Source of the DNA: Entomortierella parvispora E1425
Lineage: Eukaryota; Fungi; Mortierellomycota
Direction: 5' to 3'
Assembly (NCBI GenBank): GCA_020891255.1
Contig: BQFW01000013.1
Span: 248,001 to 312,000 of the forward strand
Length of the DNA stretch: 64,000 bases
Shown here: positions 1-12,134 of the stretch, in pieces
Position numbering within the stretch: position 1 is the first letter of the stretch
How the letters are laid out: each line of letters starts with the position of its first letter
The notes under the pieces: model-generated
What the model saw: only the letters and a program-made list of their open reading frames with translations
Told to the model about the DNA's origin: nothing
Database searches by the model: none
Made by a program: the position numbers and the translations under genes

Positions 1-517
1 CGGGCATCATAGGCGCTTCGCCAATGATCGCCCCATCGAAATCCAAATTCAGCTGAGCAAGACATCTGCAGTATGAAAAAAGGCCCAAAGTCGCCGTCCA
101 ATCGTATGGTCCACGAAGGGCTACATGGGCCAGAAATGGGCTTCCCAAAGTCACATCAAACACAAGTCCAAGTGCTCTACTTGAAGAGCATCTGGATTGC
201 CGTTGGAAGCGAAGATCAAGGTAGCGCAATCTCGAGCATCTGGCTGCACTTAGCAAGTCACCATGTTCCAGTGCCTGATTGGTCGCGAAGGAGCGCGTTA
301 ACTGACTGTTGGCTACGAAGAGCCTCCTCACCGAATCTAAATCAAGCAAACCGACTTGTCGCTCACTGGTCAAGTCGACTTCGCAAAACAGATAGGGGGC
401 CCAGATGCGACGTAGCCCTCGGCTGACTCTTGTACATGCTGCGATATCAGATTCGGATAGATAGTCTGCCACAAGGCCGACTAGTTCAAGTGGAAGCAGG
501 CTGAAAAGGACAGACAT
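1..517 (-). CDS. F-box / RNI-like protein, N-terminal part; runs off the left edge of the window
   Basis: Not in the ORF track because it has no stop in the window. ATG at 517 gives MSVLFSLLPLELVGLVADYLSESDIAACTRVSRGLRRIWAPYLF (F-box consensus LP-E-hh--h--YL----h--C-RV-R-W), followed by LRR-like segments (RLRYLDL, LAQLNLDF). Frame is open to position 1. Confidence 0.85.
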   Translation of the reverse strand, partial: MSVLFSLLPLELVGLVADYLSESDIAACTRVSRGLRRIWAPYLFCEVDLTSERQVGLLDLDSVRRLFVANSQLTRSFATNQALEHGDLLSAARCSRLRYLDLRFQRQSRCSSSRALGLVFDVTLGSPFLAHVALRGPYDWTATLGLFSYCRCLAQLNLDFDGAIIGEAPMMP

Positions 518-3500
518 CGTGGAATCTAATTAGGAATGCTGAAGAGAGGATGAGTGCTTGTTAATAAGGCACACACAGCGAAGGTAAGAGACATCAAATC
601 TTTCGAGATTAGAGCCATATAAACTGAGAGATGACTACCTTACAGTAGGTGGGAAACGAGTGTTAATCAAGGCAGAGGTTCCAAGGACAGGAAGGACAGA
701 GAAGAGCTGAACGGCGGGCTGGCCTCTCGATGAGAGTGGGGAGAGAAGGGGAAGAGGGGGGATCTTATGTGAGTACTTGAGTGCTGGCATGGAGAGGCTT
801 TGAAGAGGTCGTGCCTTGTGAGGATGAGCAGATTGTGACAGGGAAACAACATACCTGTTTGGAAGAGAGGGTGCGTGTGCGTGTGCGTGCTTGAGACAAT
901 GCGCGAGGAGGTCGAGGTCTGGCAAGCGTCTGGCTGAAGCGATGGCGTGTTTGAAGGCCGAGAAGGTGGGCGCAGAGGCGGGGGTAGAGGGAAAAGGGTG
1001 TGTCGCAGTAGCTTCGGGAAAGAGCTGAAGAGAGGCCGAATGTGCAAGGGAAAGCTGAAAAGTGAGCAAGAGTGTGATGAGGATGTTCTCTGGAAAGAAG
1101 GGGAAAGAGCAAGCAGAAGAGAGAATGAAGAATACCAAAAACACAGAGAGAGAGGGCCAAATATATGGCCGATGTCGACGTCAATCCACCATGGCAACAA
1201 ATGTTGCATGAAAAAAAAAATATTGAATAGAAAATAATATTAAAAAAAATGGTTCTTCGACGGAGCTGACAGGCAAGGACCATGTGAAAATAATCAGAGT
1301 GCCATCGAAAGGAAGCTCTATTCTAACGAGGCTGCTTGTATCTTGGCTTGGCCATGTCCTGGATCTGCATTTTATTCTTTTTTTTTTGTCTCTATTGGTT
1401 CAGACCGGCGACCAGGGTCTTGACCGTCCTTGTAAATGTCAGAGGTGCTCTGCCCCAAAGAGACATCAATGTGGTCATGAAGAGGGATCAATAGAAGAGG
1501 TTGTGAGGGGGATGAGTGTATCGCGATGGGCTGTGATGCCCGTGTTCTTGTATAGCTTCATGAACGAGAGTAGAGGCCTCTTCGAAGATCCGGCTGCATT
1601 TCTTCCTCGCTGTACATTATTGTATCTGTTTCATTTCAAAATGGTAGTGGAGGTTGATCCATCTTCTGATTCTCGTTATACCCTGTTGTTCCGAAGTAGC
1701 TTCGGTGGTGGGCAGAAGCACTCCAGATGATGACAGCTCGCCATGCTTTGACATGGACTCAGCAACAAAGAAAGGCTCACGACCATAGCCTCGCCTCACT
1801 CAGAATGGCTGCAAATGAGGGATCAGAAATCAGACATTGGTGAAAGAGAAGCGTCAGCTCGACCTCATTCATTCAGTCAGTGGGATGCATTCGAGTTTCT
1901 ACTGCAACATTTTTACTGTAGACAAAGGCCTCTTTTGATGGCCCGTGGCTGGCAGGTGTCCCCCTTGCCTGTTCAATATCTGCAATAAAGAGAAGAGGGG
2001 GAAGAAGAGAGAGAGAGATGGATGGTCAAGAGCGAGAGGCAGAGAGAAGGAAAGAGAGAAAGAGAAGAGATGGAGGAGGACCATGGTCAGATTGACTGTC
2101 CGTGACAGGCTTCTTCAGAATAAACTCTCTTTTAACTGACACCCCCTCTCCTCCGTCCATTTTTCAAGCTTTGCTGTTCATGCATGGTGTCAGTTCTCTC
2201 CAGCTGGCAGAGGTGTTTATAGCCTCGCGGCCAGAATTCATCTTGATGCAGAGCCTTGATGCAGAGGAATGCAACGTCGAGCACAGATCAGCCTGTCGTT
2301 GCTCCCATAGGGCTGTTGGTGTTATGAAATCCTTTCTCGTCCCTCCCTCTGGACCACGGCGAGGAAGAGAGGCTGACAGGGTGCCAAGGAAAAGGAGCCC
2401 ACCACAGGGAGAGAATACCGAGCACATGGTTTCATTGTTGCATCGGTCTCTCTTGACGGAGAAGCGGACACAAACAGAAGGGCCTGTGCATCGATTGAAG
2501 TACGGACGGACCCTCTTTTTTTGTTGCTGTTGTGAGGGAGTGGCGAGGGAGGGAGTGGCAGTGCATTGATTAGAGCGTGAGAAAGGACGCAAAAAGGCGC
2601 GGCACTTTTTGACTCTTTTCTTTTCCTCTCTTCTTTCCTCTCTTCTTCACACACACTGAACCGTTCCCGCCCCTCACCTGCCTTTGATCGCCACACTACC
2701 TCCGTCAGTTCGAATCCTTTGGATGCTGCATCTTTCATGGCTCGATCAAGAAAACAACAGCTTGGGTCCTGTTCTGTTTGATTGTTGCATTGTTCCTTGT
2801 TGCTGTTGTTTGTTGCTTTTGTCATGGGCCCAAGTCCGTTGCACCCCTCTTGTCAGACACTGCACCCCCTTGTCCCCCCTTCCCCAGTGCGCCTTGATGC
2901 TCTATGGTACGCCTCCTCGACTTGCAGCCACTGAGCTCACATGGGGCAAAGCTTTAGCCGGGAGGCTGAGGAGGTCTATTAACACGGCCAACTTGGAGTA
3001 CTGCGGGTGTATACCGCTGCCTGAGGGTCACCAGGTAAAGTATAAGGTAGGTGGGGCGCGATGGCCTGCCGCCTGCTCGTTGGCGCGCCCTGCACAGCTC
3101 TGTTTTTCTTTTCTGGAGAACAAGCTGACTGAGAGCAGGCCCTAGATAGCGCTTGTCAAAATAAATGGATCGTGCTCTGTTTGAAAACCATACACACCAA
3201 CAGTGCCAGCGGAGAGAGGCTGGTGAATCAAACAGGTTTGACGTTGAAAGATAGGTGTGGATGGTATCGAAGAGATCCAGAGTGAGAAGTCTATGCCTCC
3301 TGGTTCGTGCGTCCATGGTGCATGGCAAGCTGAATCGGCCCCTGCACCTTCAAGTTCCAACACACGTCGACCGACAAGTTTTGAGCACACAAGGAACCAT
3401 TCCATTGAACGAACCACACACATTCCTCATCTTCCTCATTCACCCATGTAATGCGATGCATCCATTTTTTTTCTCGGCAGTGGCAGTACCAGCCAAAGGA

Positions 3501-5164
3501 GGCTTGAGATTCTACCGGAAGAAAGCGAGGCCAATCAGTCTCTAGCTGCAGACAGACGCGCCTCTCGTCGCTTGACCCAGCAGCTTTCGGCATATTGGTC
3601 GTGATGCTGTTCGCACAACAGACATCCACCTCTCTCCCTCTCTCCATTTCTCTCCCTCTCTCTCTTCCCTCGACAACAAGGGGAAAAGTGTGCTGCGTGC
3701 TGATCTCGAGCAGGAACAGGGTGGTGATGGGCAGGAGACACACAGGCGCAGCTCTTTCTTCCCTCTTTCTCGCCCTTTGCACTTGCACTCTTGGCCGTGT
3801 TTGCCAGTAAAAGAGGCTTACGGCCGTTGCTGTTATATTTCAACGATTACCCCTCAATAAGCTATCTGGGTGGACGTCTTGATCTGACGCTGACGGCTGT
3901 CAAATATCTTGTATCTAGATAACAGAGTTTCAACAGCACGGAGCTCCACTGTCCACTTCGTGCTATGGACAAAACTTTTCGGTGGACGAGCTTATCTAGA
4001 AAAACAACAGCGACGCTAGCCAAGTTGTGGTTAACAGTAACCATGCCCCTGAAGTAAGGGTGACTGGTGGCAACGTGAGAAGTCCTACACCAACAACATG
4101 ACCGTCCTAGGGAACAGTGGCAGGTTGACTTGGAGGTCAGATCGGATAACAGCTATGTGAATAGAGACAATGACAGACAGCTGGATACTACCTCACCCTC
4201 AGTAGTCTAGCGAACGTTAGGCATCGAAAGAAGGGGACACAAGAGCCAATCTGCCTTCCTCATCTGGCAGCACAAGATGATGGTGTGCCTGGACAAGTTG
4301 TTTGGATGTCGTGCCTTGGTGGAGTGACTTGCAGCAGGGGTCCAGGTAGTTGGCCCTTTGTTGCCACAATGCAATCTGTTATTGGTGTCGACTGGGCACA
4401 AGAGAGCGTGCGCACGAGCAAAGAGTCCAGATACCACTTGTTCTTGCCTTTCTTTTCTCGTCTGTGCACAGGACAACAACTTGTGCCTGGTAGATCTTGT
4501 TTTTTTCTCGTTTTCTACTCATCCATCATTTCTTCGACATCGCCCTTTCTTCTTTCCTTCCTAGCTATGTCCTTGAGGACCAATCTCATCGATCAAGAAT
4601 TGGCGACCGTGTAGACAACTGGGAGGGTTGTTGTCCTTGATCGCAGCACGTCCAAAAGAACGCGTGCATTTGACCATTTCTGCAGTTGTTTGAGGCACAC
4701 TCCACAAGAATCCGAAAAAAAAAACCCCCCCCCGAAATCTCGATTTTGATCAATTGTTGTTCGCTTGCAAAGTTTCCCTTCTTTATGTATTTCTGGTTGT
4801 ACTGTCGTATAACCGAGAGTATCGTTCTATTCTTGCGATGGAAACCTTGGTTACGATTGAAACAAATCCTTAAGCCACGATAGAGGGAGCTGCGATCACA
4901 GGATTTCGTCTTGGGGAGGTTGCTAACAAGCCATCTTTAACAGATATAAAATGGAAAGAGCTCAGTGAACTCGGTACAACTGAATTGGCATCACAACCTG
5001 CATTCAATACAAATCCCCCCTCCAAAAAAAAGAACATGACATAGAAAAAAGCGAAAACCTACAGTCCAGACGCCAACTCGGCCGGTAGACAAGCCCAGGG
5101 AGTGACCAACCTATTTTTTGCTGGAAAATTGATTGATCAGAAAGGAAAAGAGGAATAAGGTCAT

Positions 5165-5768
5165 CATGTTAGTTACAATGTTGCAATTGCAATTGTCATG
5201 TCTTAGTAGTTATGAGCAATTAGAAGGCTTGTCTTACAGGCTGAATGAGAAGAACAGAAACTCCAAGGAAAAATACAGGTGGCCATGTTAGTTCCAATGT
5301 TCCGATTGTCATGTCTTCGTCGTTATGAGCAACTAGCAAACTTGACGTACGAGCTCATTAAGAAGAACACAAACACCAAGGAGAAATCCAGGCGGCCATG
5401 TTAGTTCCAATGTTGCAGTTGTCATGTCTTCTTCGTTACGAGCAGTTAGTGGGCTTGTCTTACAGGCTGATTGAGAAGAACAGATACGCCAAGGAGAAAT
5501 ACAGGTGGCCATGTTAGTTCCAATGTTGTGATTGTCATGTCTTCGTCGTTATGAGCAACTAGCAAAGTGGACATACCCGCTGATTGAGAACAACAGAAAA
5601 GCCAAGGAGAAATACAGGTGGCCAGGTTAGTTCCAATGTTGCATTTATCATGTCTTCGTCGTTACGAGCAATTAGTGGGCTTGTCTTACGGGCTGATTGA
5701 GAACAACAGGAACGACGAGGAGAAATACAGGTGGCCATGTTAATTCCAATGTTGCCATTGTTATGTTT
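5165..5768. repeat. Tandem repeat with a 113-bp period, about 5.3 copies, alternating A/B subtypes
   Basis: The GGCCA(T/G)GTTA anchor recurs at 5281, 5394, 5507, 5620 and 5733 (exact 113-bp spacing). Odd copies carry TTAG(T/A)(G/A)GGCTTGTCTTAC; even copies carry CTAGCAAA(C/G)T(T/G)GAC. Confidence 0.95.
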
Positions 5769-5956
5769 CTAATCGACAACCGGTGTTCATCAAGAGGCGC
5801 CTGTTGTCTTGCGCTTTTCTATTCTATTCAAGTAGATGGAGGGAAAGATGTGGATTAAACGACGGCCGTGGCACAAAGAAAACGGTGGTATTTAAAGGAG
5901 TATGAGAAGATCAAAACTGGAATTGTTTTTCAGTGGATGATTAAAGGGACACCACC

Positions 5957-6082
5957 CTCCTTGTCCTTACTTTCTGGAAGGAGCACTCAAAAGGGGTACT
6001 ATTCTCCTTGCCCTTGCTTTCTGTGAGGGAGCACTCAAAAGGGGCACTACTCTCCTTGAGCTTACTTCCTGGGAGGAGCACA
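5957..6082. repeat. Tandem repeat with a 47-48-bp period, about 2.7 copies
   Basis: Unit CTCCTTG..CTT(A/G)CTT(T/C)CTG..(A)GGAGCACTCAAAAGGGG(T/C)ACTA repeated. Confidence 0.9.
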
Positions 6083-6730
6083 CAGGGTCAGACCACAGTC
6101 GTGCAATTTTACTCAGTTGCGAATGTCAGATCGCGGCAGAAAGTTGTTATACCTTTTTGTCAGAGAATGTTGACATCAACTGCTGGCTGTGGAGAGCATG
6201 AAGAACTCGATGTTGGAGCGTTGGAGTGTGCATCTGAATCACCAGAGATGGCTGGCGACAGCGCGTGTTGTGTGTCTCTGTGAGTCTTCATTTCTCCTTG
6301 CCAAGTTCTGACCGTCATCCACCCAATGCAAAACTTGCCCCTGGCATCTCTCCTCAATAAAAAAAATGAGGAGGGAGAAGAGGGACGATAGGAAGACCTG
6401 CATCTCTTTTCATCTTCATCATGTGCATGTATACAATGCGCACCAAGACACGTCTTGTACGCTGCTCACTACTGACTAAAAGAGAGAGCACCAAGAAAAA
6501 AAAAAAAATAGATGGCGCCACCCGTCGCCGATGGTTTTGAGAGTTGTCCTCCTTCACCACCCCCATTTTCTTTCTCTGCTCCCGCTCATGCTCCGCTTCA
6601 ATGGTTGACATCGCTGACTCGTACTTCTGTCCTTTTATCTTTAACGGTCTCTCTTCGCTTTGTAAATTCTACTCTTGATGATGCGGGTTGCAAAAAAGAG
6701 AGAGGTGAGGTACTGTAGATCAGCTCTGGG

Positions 6731-7411
6731 TTGCAGTCTCACACGCCTCGCGTTTCCAAACCAATGGATAAATACATGGATGACCTGCCTTGGGAGCTAG
6801 ACCTCTCTGACTATACCCTACTCTCGACAATGAAAGAGAATTGTGAAGAGGCTCTTCCTACGCAACAGCCTGACTACGCGTGCCTGCATATCTATCAGGG
6901 TGCAGAAGGGAGTTGATGGAGCTCGCAAAGAATGCAGAGAGCTTGACCTGGGAGACTTGGAAGATTGATGGACAGGAGTTGGGCGATCTGGATTCAGATT
7001 CCAAGAGGTGACCATTTCGAAGCCAAACGTCTCTTTGTGAACTCGACTTTTTCAGTCAGAATCAAATCCAGTTATTTGATTTGGATTTCGCGATGAAGAG
7101 ATTCCGATCAACTAACAGGACCTCCGTGCTTTCGAGGGTTGGCCTGGAGGTAGCCACTGTGAGATGGAGGGTTATTGGTCAGTGCCGTCTATCAGCGGCC
7201 TGGCTATTGGTCAAACTTCAGTATCCGCTTCATAAAACGGATCGGCGAGCCTGAGCTAGAGTGGCTGAGCAAGCTTTGGCCAGATCTCTATACCCTGTTT
7301 GGCCTAACAGACCTACTCCAGGTGCTGGCCCCGCTCCGTATCCTTAGTTCTGACCGTGCTGCTGATTGGGTCTTTCCTCCATCCACGCAAGGTTGGACGC
7401 AGTCACTATAG
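6731..7411 (+). pseudogene. Degenerate F-box/RNI-like gene remnant
   Basis: Fragments lie in different frames with stops. MDDLPWEL is a weak F-box-like start, and RIGEPELEWLSKLWPDLYTLFGL resembles the C-terminal motif I recall from Mortierella F-box/RNI-like proteins (RIG.PE..W....WP.L..I.GL). Confidence 0.55.
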
Positions 7412-8309
7412 CTCTGCCTAAGTGGTCTCAGTCGAAAGACAAGGCACCTTTCAAAGCATTGAAAGGAATAAAGCGTGAGCGACGTAGCTCGAGGAAACAT
7501 GACGCAAGTCAAGAGGATGAAGGCAATGTTCACGGAGGGATGAAAAATGAAAAAAAAAAATAATTAATGAGTTCAAACGCGTATTCAACGCGTCCGCTGG
7601 CTGCGTCTATCTTTATGGGGTGTGTTGGACCATTGTATGCACGCACCCCCCCGCATTCTCAGTGCAAATAAAAAGATCCTTCGAAGGTTCCACTTGCCTC
7701 TTCCCCCAGAAATTTACTTGGATCTATCAAAGATTGAAGGGTGCCTCATTCCCACCTAACACGCATGTGGGTACTCTTTAGGAAAGTCGTTCCGGGTTCC
7801 GCACAAGGTGATGACGAGTGGGCCCATTACTAATACTCTGAAAGGAGAAGAAAGAGAGGCCGGGAAGAGTATTTTTCCATTGTGCCTCGCGGCGCTTTTT
7901 TGCAGTGGCAGGATGATAATTACGTAGGCTGAGGCTGCAGTGGAGCAATTTGGGAAATTTTTCAACAAAGTCTTGCGCCCCCCTGTGCATTCATGTTGAT
8001 GTTGACCAAAGGGCTCAATTGCACCAAGGTCCAGCCTGCTTCGTTTTCCTTTTTCAGCCACACTGTCCTTTATCTGCGATAACGTTTGCAGTGGGAAAAA
8101 GTGTCTCCGGCCACGTTTCTGTCCCGCGCAGACGTTCAATCCACCCTCAGGTCCGGCTTCCGAGGTTCCGCCCTGAGCAAGCAGTATAAAAGGGTCGCGT
8201 CGACTCGAACTCATCGATTCATAAACCAGACAAACTCACCCACTCTTATCACCCACACTTCCTCACACCCTCTCCCTTTCACACACTTACTTACCCACCC
8301 CAAGCCGTC

Positions 8310-10541
8310 ATGCTCGCCACTGGTCACAGCACCCCAAGGACGACCGAGACTCCAGTCTTGATCTCTGGAGCAGGGCCCACCGGTCTCTATGCCGCCGCTC
8401 TTCTGGCCAAGATGAATATCCCATGCAGGATCATTGAGCGCGACTTTGAAATCTCGCCCCTCTCCAAGGCCCTGGCTATCCACGCCCGATCTCAAGAAAT
8501 CCTTGCGATGACCAGCCCAGAGTTGATCAAGCGCTTCGAAGAGCAAGGTAGTCTACAGGGCTCCTTCCGTATCTACTACGACGGCAAGCTCTCCAGCGAT
8601 ATCGAGCCGATCCTTTCCAAGGAATCCATTTTCTCTCGGATGTTGCTGTTGCCCCAAAGCAAGACTGTCAAGATCCTGACTGACACACTGGAGGAGTACG
8701 GAGTGACTGTCCAGCGAGGATGGGAATTGGTCGATACCAAGGTTGTCTTTGACCATGAGGACTCGTGGGTCGAGACAAAGATCCGAAGGGCCATTGCTGG
8801 CTCGAACAAGCGTGCAGGAGAGAGCCAGCAGGTCTTGGGGACGCTTGAGATGGCGCCTGAGGAAGAGGACAAGCAGTACGAGTACGAGGTGGTCAAGTCC
8901 AGGTATCTCATTGCAGCCGACGGAGGTCGCTCAGCCGTTCGTCACAAGATCAACATGCCGTTCCCTGGAAGAACCCGCGACTTCAACTTGATTCTCTTTG
9001 ACGGTCTCATGGACAGTGATGTTGTTTCGACTGACCATCTCAAGTAAGTGAAAAGATACAAGCATGTTCATTATTGTTACGCCCATTGTTGTGAGTTGCA
9101 CAGTCGGATAATCTGACGTTTGGTGTCGTTTTCTTCCCTCTCCCCAACCTGTGTTTAGCTTGATTAACGGAAAAAACAATCGCACCGTGGCCATGTTCCC
9201 TCTTGGTGAACCCAAGCGAGTTCGTATCATGTTTGACAATGGCACGCTCACACCCGAAGGGTTTGATATCCAAAAGGAGAAGCCTCTGACAACTGAGCAC
9301 TTCCAGAAACTCTTGGACGACACCATCAGTCCACTCAAATTGACCATTACCAAAGTCAATTGGCTGACCTACTATCGTGTGAACGAACGCCGTGCTGAGG
9401 AGTACTCTTATAAGGGCCGCATCTTCTTGGCTGGTGACGCCGCTCACGTCCATTCTCCCGCCGGAGGTCAGGGTATGAACACTGGTCTTCAGGATGCCTA
9501 CAACTTGGCGTGGAAGATCGCCATGGTCGTCAATGGTACCGCCCCTCCTTCGCTCTTGAACTCTTATAACGAAGAGCGACCCCTCATCGGAGACGAGATC
9601 ATCAAGCTGTCGGCCAAGACTCTTGAAGATACTCTCGGTCAAGACTTTATGCATCGCATCCTCAAGCGTGCCGCTATCGCTTTGGCACCCGTTCTTATGC
9701 CCATCATGGCCAACAGGTTGCCAACCATTTCTATGGTAAGCCCATGACCATCTTTGCAGCACGAAAATGACACGCCAGAAAAACTTTATAGCTAACTTTT
9801 TTTTTTTTTTTTTTTTTTTTTCATTCTTTTCCTTTCTTTTTGCGCTTCTAGCTAGGTCTCCGATACCATGCAAACTCTTTGAACAAGAACCACAAGTCCC
9901 AAGCCGTCCATGTAGGACCAGGAGAGGTTGGTTGCCGGGCTGGAGACAATGCTCTTGTCGCGTTTGTCTCCCGTCCCAGTGACACCACAAGCGAGTCAGG
10001 CAGCAGTGATTCCGACCATGAGGATTCCCTTGCCACTGCCGTAGCTGCCGCGGGCTTGGCCGGCGAGGAGACGATCCGTTTGCACCAGCTTATGGCCCAC
10101 CCAGGCGTCTTCCAGATCTTGGTCTTTACCGGCAACCAATGGAAGGCCATGCACCAGCCCGCCACTGCAGTCGCATTGAACGCCTCGATTGAGACCCATC
10201 TCTCAAAGTGGCGCGCAAACTGGCCTTCGAACCGAGAAAACAAGGCGTCAGTTCAGCGACCGCAATTCATGGTCCACACTTTGACAACCCTCACTCCCGA
10301 AAAGGCTCCGATTGCGGTGGAGTCCTTGTCGGCTAGAGCCGTGGGCGAGGGCAAGCCATACAGGGACCTCGGAAAGGAACTGCACCGTCGCTATGGAGTT
10401 GACCCTGCGGTCAAGAAGAACCCAGAGGGAGGCGCAATTATCGTGGTCCGACCTGACTCTCACATTTCATACCGAGTTCAAGGCACTGGACCCAACTCAT
10501 GGAAGGATGTGAACGAGTACTTTGAGTCGATCCTGGTCTAA
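8310..10541 (+). CDS. FAD-dependent aromatic monooxygenase (FAD_binding_3, PheA/TfdB-type), 3 exons
   Basis: Motifs ISGAGPTG (GxGxxG), ADGGRSAVR (DG) and LAGDAAHVHSPAGGQGMNTGLQDAYNLAWK (GD). Exons 8310-9043, 9159-9735 and 9852-10541 join in frame across GT-AG introns. Confidence 0.95.
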
Positions 10542-11328
10542 ACAAATACCTGGCTTCATTGGACGAGTACTTTTCAAGTCAATCCGGTCTAGACAAATAC
10601 CCAGCTTCATTCTGTGCAATAAAATCTCCACTCACGGCGTGTACCAATGTTTACAATGTTCAAAAACTGTTGGGGATCGGTACGCTCCAGCGTGATAACG
10701 TCGCACAGTTTGTAGGCTGCAAGTCTTTGTAATAACTCTTCCGAATCCCAAATATCGCCTGCACAAAGAAAACAACCTAGTGCTGAAATAAAAATGCATC
10801 CACGAGAAAAGACATATTATCCATGCTCTCGAAACTGACAACACTGGAGCCTGTAGATGTGAAATCAGGAACCGCACCTCTGAGAAGATTGCAGTTCGCC
10901 CCATGTGTTGTTACGCCCCGAGATACCAGCCACCCTCAAGAGAGTGCAATAAGCCCTCTGTGCCTGATCCAAAGCCCGCCGAATGAAGAAACACCCCCAA
11001 TTTCAACACAACTGAACCGTCTGCACGGGTACCGATCATTCGTAAAACGGTCGCCGATCCACGTCTTTGGATCGCCTTTCCTAATCTAATAGCAGCCGAT
11101 AAAACTGCTATTATCCTGAAAGATCGCCCCACATGTCCTCCTTTGGGTCTTCAAAATAGTCAACACTGCTGTTGTTTTATAATACGTTGAGGAGGTTGAG
11201 CTGTGCGACTAATCTGCAAGTTGATTCCTGTCCCTTCTTTCTTTTTTTCTTTTTTTGGGTAATTTGATTTCTTGGCATATCGTAACGAGACCGTGGCGAG
11301 GAATGGTCGATAAAACAAAAAAAAAAAA

Positions 11329-12134
11329 TTAATCTCTTCCTCTGCCACGACCGCCACGGTCGCCACCACGTCCACGTCCACCGAATCCACCTCTTCCACC
11401 TCCACGGGCTATGAGTTTAAAGGAATAAAAAGAGACGAAAAAAAGCGGTTAACAGTCTGATCCTCAATGCCTTTGTCCCTTGATGCCTGTGTTCCTGGAT
11501 ACCGATTCCATCGTTTCCATGAATCTTAGGGTCGCCCAGTATATGTATCTCCCAAAGTGTGGGATCCTGTGATCCATAGATCGATCCATGATCTGCCTTT
11601 TCGTAAACATGATCGAAAAAAGACGCGAAAACAACGATGGGTATGACAAGGAGACAAAAAAAAAAAAAGAGTTGGAAAAATCGCAGGACTTGCCTTGTGC
11701 TCTTGCTACTGTTGCTTTGCCTCTTCCAAGACCAATACCCTTGCCCTTCATGGCTGATGCGCCCTGGACCTTGAACATGGGTGCATTCTTCAACATGTCT
11801 GGTACAATGAAGAACTTGATATGAGAACCTCGGACATAGACCTGATCCAGTTGTGTCACACGACCATCCCTTGCTGTCATTTGAATGTCCTTGAGTTGAA
11901 TGTTCATGTTATCCTCGGCTAATTCAATCGAGAGTTCAACGATGAAGCGTTAATGTCTGGAGAGTCTCTTTCTGATGCATTCCATAGCCAGGGAGACGGA
12001 GCAAAATAGAATGGCCTGAAAGGTTCCTCACCCTCAAAAAGGACGCCGCGGTAGACAGATCCGGTCTTGAGCTCGATCGTGATGGTGTGGCCCTGGGCCT
12101 CATGCAACAGCTTTATGGGTACTCCGATCGACAT
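11329..12134 (-). CDS. SMD3: Small nuclear ribonucleoprotein Sm D3, 3 exons
   Basis: [16 protein letters not shown]...AEDNMNIQL...[23 protein letters not shown], plus an RG-rich tail in exon 11329-11408. Confidence 0.97.

Noticed and set aside
635-1144. 169-aa minus-strand ORF upstream of the F-box gene
   Set aside because: Low-complexity CT-rich leader. Its splice options do not join in frame to the F-box ATG, so it is probably 5' UTR or a uORF.
3860-4680. Possible Harbinger transposase relic on the minus strand (HSTKWTVELRAVETLLSRYKIF)
   Set aside because: Only a faint resemblance to the HS..R..VERAFG.LK.RF motif, with many stops and no TIR or TSD found.
5063-5110. VGHSLG lipase-like motif downstream of the repeat array
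   Set aside because: A five-residue match in a short frame with no surrounding alpha/beta-hydrolase context.
5165-5768. CRISPR array interpretation of the 113-bp repeat
   Set aside because: The whole unit is homologous between copies with no unique spacers, the context is eukaryotic, and there are no cas genes.
9040-9990. 316-aa minus-strand ORF (and similarly 50534-51397 +, 60275-60970 -, 15953-16474 -)
   Set aside because: Antisense shadows of well-supported genes on the opposite strand.
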